Positions 46,311 to 52,819 of a DNA stretch of 64,000 nt are shown piece by piece. Numbering within the stretch: the first letter of the stretch is position 1; each line of letters starts with the position of its first letter. The DNA is from an uncultured Candidatus Cloacimonadota bacterium. Lineage in GTDB: Bacteria > Cloacimonadota > Cloacimonadia > Cloacimonadales > Cloacimonadaceae. The notes under the pieces were generated by a model that saw nothing but the letters and a program-made list of their open reading frames with translations, did not search any database and was not told the origin of the DNA. The position numbers and the translations under genes are program-made. The DNA lies in NCBI GenBank assembly GCA_964429035.1, contig CAYSAT010000002.1:26626-90625 (forward strand), written 5' to 3'.

Positions 46311-48346
46311 GACAGCTCTTCTTCCACAGCCTGCCGTAACTCCGCCAGCGGAATGTTACCCAAGGCAAGGTAACGCAAACGGCCCATCATCCAGTTGGAT
46401 TGGGCGTCCGGGCGCTTCAAGCCGTGCGTTTTGGCGCGCGCCCACATATTGCGTAACAGGGGTATTTGCGCCAGGATTTCCTCCCGCGCTACGTCCTTAT
46501 AATTCAGAACTGAAAGTACGGAAGAGAACTGCATATTGGGGCTGGCAAAAAGCACTCTCAGCATTTCCGGCAGGATGTCCGGCGCCAGTTTCTTCTTGGC
46601 GGCATAGATCAGCAAATCTTCCACCCGCTGATTGTCGAAGGGCAGCGGATCGCGTCCCTGCAGGCTTTTGAGCAGGTGCGCGTAGTACAGGCCCAGGCGT
46701 TTGGGCGGCACACCATGTTTGGTTGAAAAATCCTCGAGTACCGGCAGCAGATTGTTGCGCAGCAAGTAGGTATGCGCGTCGTCTGGGATACCCCACTCCG
46801 CAAGTTGTTCCAGCCGCTTCTGCAAACCAACTGGAAGCAAGGCGCGGGCTGCCTCGATCTCCTCGTCAGTTACGGGAATAGGAGCGGAATCGGTGTCCGG
46901 ATACATTCTGTCCGCGCCCGGCAACACCCGTTCAAACAGCGTCGTGCCGTCTGGCAGGGATTTCCGCGTTTCGTTGGGCACGCCCTGGAAAGCCAGCTGG
47001 CAGCGCTCGGAAATGGTCTCCAGAGCGGTTTTGATATCTTCGTCAGAAGCCCAAAAAAGCATCTGCGCGTCGGCATTTGTGGACTTCAGTTCTTTGCGGA
47101 TCTTGCCCCAATCCGTGGAGTGTAGCGAAGAATGAGCCTGGGTTATTGAATCTATATTCGCCGACGGGGACGTCGGCGCTCCCAGTTCCTCCGAATGGAA
47201 CATGTTCGGTTTTTCCAGGCAGGCAATGACTTTCAGGCGGTCGGAAATCTCGTCGGCGAAGCAGCGTCCGGGCTGATTAAAGTAACTCAGGATGCCTGCG
47301 AACCCCGGAAGGTTCACCGCTACAAGTTTCCAGCCTTCCGCGCCGGCTTGTTTCAGCAGCGGAATATGGCGCCAATCTGCGGGATCCAGAACTGCGTGTT
47401 GGATACTCCATTCAGCCTGGTCCTTGATCCTGGCAGCCAGTTCATCCCGGATCAACAGCAGCGATTTCTGACGGAAAGCCTCGTTATGAGTGAGTTTAGG
47501 AATCCAGGCGATGTGCGCCACGCCCTTGATTTCTACCCGCGTCCCACCTGTGATGGAAACGTTCACATCCTGGCGCGCGGCTCCAATGCCAACCCTCACC
47601 AATCCAGAGCTGCGGGCGATGAAGCGGATGTTCTGCGCGGCTTCCGCTGCCTCCCAAGGTGTGAGCATATCCGGATAGGTAACCGTTTCGATGAGCGGCA
47701 TGCCCAAGCGGTCAGCGTAGTATACCCTGGTGTGGCGTACGTCGGACACTTCGCGGCAGCTGTCTTCCTCGATGGAAAACTGGATCACGCGGATTTTTTT
47801 GGTGGAGATGGGAAACTCGCCCTCGATACCCAGGATCGCCGTGCGTTGGAAACCGGTGGGGATGCTGCCGTCCAGATACTGTTTGCGCGTGATATGCAGT
47901 TCGCCCACGATCTTCATGTTCAGGAGCAGGGCGATCCGCAGCGCGTGGGACAGCGCTTCGCGGCTCAGGGCAAAGGGCGGAGTGTCGTCCACTTCGTAGG
48001 TGCAGGCGCTGTCGTTCTTGATGCGGTACAGTATCTTTTTCCGCGTCTTGAATTCCATCAGCGCGGTGCCGTCGTACTCACCGAGTTCGGAAAGAGTGGG
48101 CCGCATATGCCGCACGATTTCCGCGTCGTAATCGGCGAAATCGTGGTAGATACCTGCGGCGCAGCGGCAAAATAGTTTGCGCTGGGTGAGGAGCTGTTGG
48201 TGAACTTCCAGGCCGCACTTGAACCCAAGCGTTCGCCAGGTCGCTTGCACGGCGTCCGAAAGGCTCACCCAGCCTGTGTTTGAGCGGCTGAGCAGCCAGT
48301 TTTGCCGGTGGGGATTAGCCTCCGGCAAGTGTATATACTCTGACAT
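46292..48346 (-). CDS. gatE: Glutamyl-tRNA(Gln) amidotransferase subunit E (archaeal-type)
   Basis: ORF 46292..48361 (GTG); ATG 48346 (MSEYIHLPEANP) is slightly preferred. FKCGLEVHQQLLTQRKLFCRC and ITRKQYLDGSIPTGFQRTAILG are the GatE versions of the GatB/E cradle-domain motifs. Paired with gatD. Confidence 0.85.
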   Translation of the reverse strand: MSEYIHLPEANPHRQNWLLSRSNTGWVSLSDAVQATWRTLGFKCGLEVHQQLLTQRKLFCRCAAGIYHDFADYDAEIVRHMRPTLSELGEYDGTALMEFKTRKKILYRIKNDSACTYEVDDTPPFALSREALSHALRIALLLNMKIVGELHITRKQYLDGSIPTGFQRTAILGIEGEFPISTKKIRVIQFSIEEDSCREVSDVRHTRVYYADRLGMPLIETVTYPDMLTPWEAAEAAQNIRFIARSSGLVRVGIGAARQDVNVSITGGTRVEIKGVAHIAWIPKLTHNEAFRQKSLLLIRDELAARIKDQAEWSIQHAVLDPADWRHIPLLKQAGAEGWKLVAVNLPGFAGILSYFNQPGRCFADEISDRLKVIACLEKPNMFHSEELGAPTSPSANIDSITQAHSSLHSTDWGKIRKELKSTNADAQMLFWASDEDIKTALETISERCQLAFQGVPNETRKSLPDGTTLFERVLPGADRMYPDTDSAPIPVTDEEIEAARALLPVGLQKRLEQLAEWGIPDDAHTYLLRNNLLPVLEDFSTKHGVPPKRLGLYYAHLLKSLQGRDPLPFDNQRVEDLLIYAAKKKLAPDILPEMLRVLFASPNMQFSSVLSVLNYKDVAREEILAQIPLLRNMWARAKTHGLKRPDAQSNWMMGRLRYLALGNIPLAELRQAVEEELSTNYTN

Positions 48347-48504
48347 TGGGGACAAATCCACTCATAGTGCGGATTTTGTCCAGCTTTAATTTTATCCCTG
48401 AGGGGCAGGTTCCAAATCGCCTGGCGACGTTTTGGGCGCAGTTTCGCGAAGCAATTGTTTCATTGTGAAATCATTGCCTTTGTTTATAAGCAATTACTGA
48501 GAGG

Positions 48505-48600
48505 CTCCCACGATCATTACGCGCTGATTGCGGGCTCATTGCGCGCTAAGCCCGCAGTGAGCGCGCAATGACCGCGCAATGATAACGGGAACGGTCTGGG
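48505..48600. repeat. Imperfect palindromic repeat element built from CATT(A/G)CGCG-type units (family copy A)
   Basis: ctcccacgatCATTACGCGctgATTGCGGGctCATTGCGCGct-aagcccgcagtg-aGCGCGCAATGacCGCGCAATGataacGGGAACGGTCTGgg. The core 12-bp stem is 48536-48547/48560-48571. It shares an identical 18-mer (48561-48578 = 60251-60268) and the 12-mer GGGAACGGTCTG (48587-48598 = 60186-60197) with the element at 60186..60292. Confidence 0.7.
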
Positions 48601-48624
48601 CATTCTCCTAAAAACATATCCGGC

Positions 48625-50532
48625 TCAGAGTATCACGTCGCCCATAACGACCAGTTCCTCCAAATCCACATCGGCGATCACCAGTTTGACTGGAGTTTGC
48701 AGGGGCGGACGGTCTTCGCAGCGCAGCACGATGCGCTTGTCCCAAGCGGTGAGTTCCGTCAGGAAACCGTGTTTCAGCCGCTTGAGCAAAACGGCGTCAA
48801 GAGGGGAATTCAGGTGCTTTTTTCGCAGGAAGCGCAGCAGCCAGTAACGCTCGCTCCGATGGGCTATGGCGCGCAGCTGGAGCAGCCGCTTTTCGATAAC
48901 GGGGATCATTTCATCCAAATCATTGCGGGAAAAAGGCTGGGGCGATCCCGCCAGCAGCGATTCAAACTGCGCCTGGTTGACGATATCGGCGAATCTGCGG
49001 ATGGGCGAAGTGGCGTGCAGATAGGCCTGCGAGCCGATCCCGGGATGGAATTTGCCCTCGGTGGAAAGATAGGCCTGGATGCCCGGAAACTTGGCCTCTT
49101 CTTCATCTTCCGGCTCGAAATACTGCGCGATGTTGCGGTAGATGAGGGGCAAATCCTGGCTGCTGGCCTGTTCCGCCATAATCCGGTTGTAGAGGATCAT
49201 CAGTTCTTCCACGATGAACCGGGCAGGGCTTAGGTTATCGATGCGCTGCATCAGCATATCTCCATCCGCCACCTTCAAGTTCCAACTATAACGCTGCCGG
49301 TGGTCGTTCGCGCCGCCAGTCCGCTCCAGCTGCAGTTTGCGGCAAACGCGCAGCAGATCCGCGTAAGGCTTGGCAGCGATTTGGGCGTCCACCTCGTCAT
49401 AAGTGAGATTGCGCGCCAATCGAATGGTTGCGCGGCGAAACTCATAGCGATGCGGACGCAGATCCTGATCCAAACTAACGAAAAGCGAGAGGACGGCACG
49501 CGGTGCGGACTCTAGCAAACTGAAAGCCTGAGAGGAAAGTTCAGAAGGCAGCAGGGGAATGCTCCCGGAGGGTAGATACAAGGAGGAGACGCGGTTTTGG
49601 GCTTCCCGGAAAAGGTCAGAACCAAGCGCTAATTGAGCCGCCACGTCGCTGATGTGGATCCCCACTTCCCAGCCGTCGGGCAAAGCCTGCAGGGAGATGG
49701 CGTCATCGTGGTCGGGAGAATCGGCGGCGTCGATGCTGAAAGCCTCGACAGCGATCGGTTCCCCGGTCACCGATGGCCTGGCCTCACGCCACAAATCAGG
49801 CGTAAAAAGGACCGGAATCCCGCTACCTGCGGCCATGGGATCGGTCTCTAAATCCAAATCGCCCAGGAGGGCTCGCAGATCCAGGATCTGACGCGCTGTC
49901 TCGGCACCATCGGACGCTTTGCGGAGCAACCGCGCCAAGTCCCTATGACCTTCCGCAACCTGCAATTCCCGCAGTTCAGCCAGAAACCTGTTCCGGGTTT
50001 GCGCAGAAAGGGATGGCGCTTTGCCTGCTGCAACGCCAGCCAGGAATTCCGCGAGTTCTTGCAGATACGCGGCGCGTTCGTTCTCCAGATTGCGCTGCTC
50101 GAGGAAAACAGCGCGTTCCTCTTCAGTGCGGCGTTTGAACAACCCTTTCTTATACAGGAAAAGGTCAGCGCGGTCTTTCAGCAGCAGAAACAGCGCGAAG
50201 CGGTGCAGATCGTCCGTGTAACCCAGTTCTGAGCAGGCTGCGTCGATCTCGAACGGAGTGGATAGGCCTGCCAGTTTAGCGAGCATGGGTTCGGTGTCCA
50301 GGGCGTCTCGGCAATCCTGCAATTCCTGCGACCAGCTGTTCAGAGCAGCTGGCGTGACCGATGCCAGGGCAACACGCGAAACCAGGATAAAGCGGTCGGT
50401 GGAAAGGTTTAGCGATTGGCCGGAGCCGTCCAGAACTTGGCAGTAACGCTCGCCAACAGAGGCAAGCAATCCCGGGCGGAGCTGCGCCTGAGAGTAAAAG
50501 AGCACGATTTGGCCTGGCTCGAAGTGCTTCAT
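48625..50532 (-). CDS. RNB-domain 3'-5' exoribonuclease (RNase II/R family)
   Basis: 635 aa; DSPDHDDAISL and YLHATSPIRRFADIVNQ are RNB catalytic-domain motifs. Confidence 0.85.
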   Translation of the reverse strand: MKHFEPGQIVLFYSQAQLRPGLLASVGERYCQVLDGSGQSLNLSTDRFILVSRVALASVTPAALNSWSQELQDCRDALDTEPMLAKLAGLSTPFEIDAACSELGYTDDLHRFALFLLLKDRADLFLYKKGLFKRRTEEERAVFLEQRNLENERAAYLQELAEFLAGVAAGKAPSLSAQTRNRFLAELRELQVAEGHRDLARLLRKASDGAETARQILDLRALLGDLDLETDPMAAGSGIPVLFTPDLWREARPSVTGEPIAVEAFSIDAADSPDHDDAISLQALPDGWEVGIHISDVAAQLALGSDLFREAQNRVSSLYLPSGSIPLLPSELSSQAFSLLESAPRAVLSLFVSLDQDLRPHRYEFRRATIRLARNLTYDEVDAQIAAKPYADLLRVCRKLQLERTGGANDHRQRYSWNLKVADGDMLMQRIDNLSPARFIVEELMILYNRIMAEQASSQDLPLIYRNIAQYFEPEDEEEAKFPGIQAYLSTEGKFHPGIGSQAYLHATSPIRRFADIVNQAQFESLLAGSPQPFSRNDLDEMIPVIEKRLLQLRAIAHRSERYWLLRFLRKKHLNSPLDAVLLKRLKHGFLTELTAWDKRIVLRCEDRPPLQTPVKLVIADVDLEELVVMGDVIL

Positions 50533-50547
50533 GTAGTCCTTTAGAAA

Positions 50548-50623
50548 TGGCGCCCCAGAGATGAATCGAACATCCGACCAACGGTTTAGGAAACCGCTGC
50601 TCTATCCCCTGAGCTACTGGGGC
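50548..50623 (-). tRNA. tRNA-Arg (anticodon CCT), CCA encoded
   Basis: Reverse complement folds by hand into a cloverleaf: GCCCCAG-TA-GCTC-AGGGGATA-GAGC-A-GCGGT-TTCCTAA-ACCGT-TGGTC-GGATG-TTCGATT-CATCT-CTGGGGC-G-CCA (76 nt). It has a 7-bp acceptor stem, a TTCGATT T-loop and anticodon CCT. Confidence 0.85.
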
Positions 50624-50674
50624 GCAAGATCACGGGCTAAAAATCTCTGGAGCCCCTTTTTGTCAAGTTTTGCA

Positions 50675-50703
50675 TTGACAAAAGGCGGCGCTCGCTATAT
50701 AAG
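50675..50703 (+). promoter_or_regulatory. Candidate sigma70-type promoter for asd
   Basis: TTGACA (50675-50680), a 17-nt spacer, then TATAAG (50698-50703), 34 nt upstream of the asd ATG. The -35 is the right arm of a 9-bp inverted repeat (TTTTGTCAA 50658-50666 / TTGACAAAA 50675-50683). Confidence 0.4.
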
Positions 50704-50736
50704 GCGCAATCTGGAACTCATGGAAAAGGACTATAT

Positions 50737-51717
50737 ATGAAGATTGCAGTTGTCGGTGCCACCGGTGAAGTGGGCAGAATGATGCTCACTTGTTTGGAAG
50801 AATTCCGCGTTCCCATCACGGAATTGGATCTCTACGCTTCAGAGCGGTCGCAGGGAAGTTCGCTGGAATTTGGCGGCCAGCCCGTTCCAGTGCAGGTTCT
50901 AAAGAAAGATTCCCTGCTCCGGCCTTACGATTATGTGCTCTTCTCCGCTGGAGGAAGCGTGGCGAAGCAATTCGCGCCTGGTGCAGCCTCAGCTGGTGCT
51001 GTAGTGATCGACAACTCGTCGGCTTTCCGCCGGGATGATAACATTCCGCTGGTCGTGCCGGAAATCAATGGCAGCCTGCTTGAGGGCTACATAGGCATCG
51101 TCGCCAATCCCAATTGCACCACGATCCAAATGGTGCTGCCCCTGGCTATCCTGGACCGCATGTTCGGATTGCAAAAAGTGGTGGTGAGCACCTATCAAGC
51201 GGTTTCGGGCAGCGGCCACAAGGGCATCAGCGCCCTGCAAAGCCAGCGCAAGGGAGGAACCGATCCCGGGATTTATCCTGATCTGATCGACCTCAACGTG
51301 ATTCCGCAGATCGGCGATTTCCTGGACGGCGGCTATTGCCTGGAAGAGGAAAAAATCCACCAGGAAACCCGCAAGATCCTGGCTCTGCCAGGCCTGGAAG
51401 TCTGCGCCACAACGGTGCGCGTCCCGGTGATCTTTGGCCATAGCGAGAGCATTTACGCGGAGTTCCAGAAACCGGTCGACCTGGCCAAAGCCGCTCAGGA
51501 ACTGGTCCGCGGCGAATCCATTGCTTATGCAGATCATGCGTATGCCACGCCCCGGAACCTCGGCTCTTCCAACTCCAGCCATGTTTCCAGATTGAGGAAA
51601 GGCACCGGTCCAGGCAGCCTCTGTTTCTGGTGCGTTGGGCACAACGTCAGGCTCGGCGCGGCGACCAATGCCGTCCGCATCTTGCTAAAACACGCCCAAA
51701 TGGCAGGCCGGTTATGA
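50737..51717 (+). CDS. asd: Aspartate-semialdehyde dehydrogenase
   Basis: 326 aa; MKIAVVGATGEVGR, VANPNCTTIQMV (active-site Cys), STYQAVSGSG, RVPVIFGHSES, GHNVRLGAATNAVRI. Confidence 0.9.
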   Translation: MKIAVVGATGEVGRMMLTCLEEFRVPITELDLYASERSQGSSLEFGGQPVPVQVLKKDSLLRPYDYVLFSAGGSVAKQFAPGAASAGAVVIDNSSAFRRDDNIPLVVPEINGSLLEGYIGIVANPNCTTIQMVLPLAILDRMFGLQKVVVSTYQAVSGSGHKGISALQSQRKGGTDPGIYPDLIDLNVIPQIGDFLDGGYCLEEEKIHQETRKILALPGLEVCATTVRVPVIFGHSESIYAEFQKPVDLAKAAQELVRGESIAYADHAYATPRNLGSSNSSHVSRLRKGTGPGSLCFWCVGHNVRLGAATNAVRILLKHAQMAGRL

Positions 51718-52817
51718 GCTGGGACTTGGGACAGATCCGCCGGGAATTGCACCAGATACCGGAGCTTGCCTTTGCCGAGAACGCCACCAAAGCCTTGCTG
51801 CTGCGGTATCTGCGGACCCTGGAAGGCATCCGGATCCATACTTTCGAACGGAGCACCGGCATCCTGGTGGAACACAGCCATGGAGAAGATGCCTACAGGC
51901 TGTTCCGGGCTGACATGGACGCCCTGCCGGTTTCCGAAAATACCGGCTGCGGTTTCACGTCCCAAAATCCTGGCATGATGCATGCCTGCGGACACGACGT
52001 GCATATGACGGTGCTGCTGGGTCTGATCGAACGCGTTGTGGCGCTGCGGCCAGAGCGGAACCTGCTGTTTCTGTTTCAGCCCGCGGAAGAAGGCCAGGGC
52101 GGCGCGGAATCCATACTGGGCGAGGGACTGATCCAGCAGTTTCCTATCCGCGGAGTTTTCGCACTGCATGTGGCCAGCGGATTGCCTGTGGGCAAGGTGG
52201 CCAGCCGGAGCGGTGTTTTCTTTGGCATTCCGCAGGAATTCGACGTCGTCTTCAAAGGCGTCAGCTCGCACGCCGCCTATCCGGAACAAGGCGTCAACGC
52301 GCTACTCACCGCCCTGGATTTCATGCGCCTGATGCAGCGCGAGATCGCGGACCTGGCCCAAAAAGAAAGGGTGATCTGGCATGTGGGGAAAATGAGCTCC
52401 GGGACCGTGCGCAACGTGGTTCCCGGCCTCTGCAAGCTGGAAGGGACGCAGCGCAGCCTGGCTAAAGCTGTGAAAGAGCAGGTGAACACCCTGACGCTCA
52501 AGAATTGCGCCCTGGCCGCAGCTAAAACCGGCGCGGAATACGAGGTCAACTTCCTGGGCACTTACGATCCCGTGGTCAATGACGCGGAACTGGTGGAAGA
52601 ACTGCAGAAGGTGTGCGCTGAAACGGGCATCGCTTTCGAAGAGGCGGAAACGGCCTTGACCGGAGAGGATTTCGGCTTTTTCACTTCACTATATCCGGGC
52701 TTGCTGTTTTGGCTGGGCTCGGGGTGCGGGCATCCCCTACACTCGGACAAGTATCTGGCCGAAGAGGCTTGCATCCCTGTGGGGATCAGGATCTTTGAGC
52801 GTCTGGCACTAAACTAG
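51714..52817 (+). CDS. M20D-family amidohydrolase (N-acetyldiaminopimelate deacetylase / aminoacylase-like)
   Basis: ORF 51630..52817. Start set at ATG 51714 (MSWDLGQIRRELHQIPELAFAE), an ATGA overlap with the asd stop. MHACGHDVHMTVLLG and FQPAEEGQGGA are metal-ligand motifs. The specific DAP-pathway role is only suggested by linkage to asd. Confidence 0.8.
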   Translation: MSWDLGQIRRELHQIPELAFAENATKALLLRYLRTLEGIRIHTFERSTGILVEHSHGEDAYRLFRADMDALPVSENTGCGFTSQNPGMMHACGHDVHMTVLLGLIERVVALRPERNLLFLFQPAEEGQGGAESILGEGLIQQFPIRGVFALHVASGLPVGKVASRSGVFFGIPQEFDVVFKGVSSHAAYPEQGVNALLTALDFMRLMQREIADLAQKERVIWHVGKMSSGTVRNVVPGLCKLEGTQRSLAKAVKEQVNTLTLKNCALAAAKTGAEYEVNFLGTYDPVVNDAELVEELQKVCAETGIAFEEAETALTGEDFGFFTSLYPGLLFWLGSGCGHPLHSDKYLAEEACIPVGIRIFERLALN

Positions 52818-52819
52818 GC

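Noticed and set aside
47195-48175. 326-aa plus-strand ORF inside gatE, with similar antisense ORFs at 54518..55525, 53825..54463, 55495..56127, 56766..57638, 58445..59206, 48697..49233 and 50989..51642
   Set aside because: All are antisense to motif-bearing CDSs in the GC-rich part of the window. None has a recognisable motif or RBS.
44281-48361. Interpreting the whole window as archaeal because of GatDE
   Set aside because: T9SS C-terminal domains, a WecA/MraY-family transferase, Dlt-like and FabH/FabG genes, strong AGGAG RBSs, sigma70-like promoters and a CCA-encoding tRNA all point to a bacterium.
50548-50623. tRNA gene as an integration hotspot marking a genomic island boundary
   Set aside because: There is no integrase, no direct repeat of the tRNA 3' end, and no compositional step at the tRNA. 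The composition change occurs at ~44.25 kb instead.
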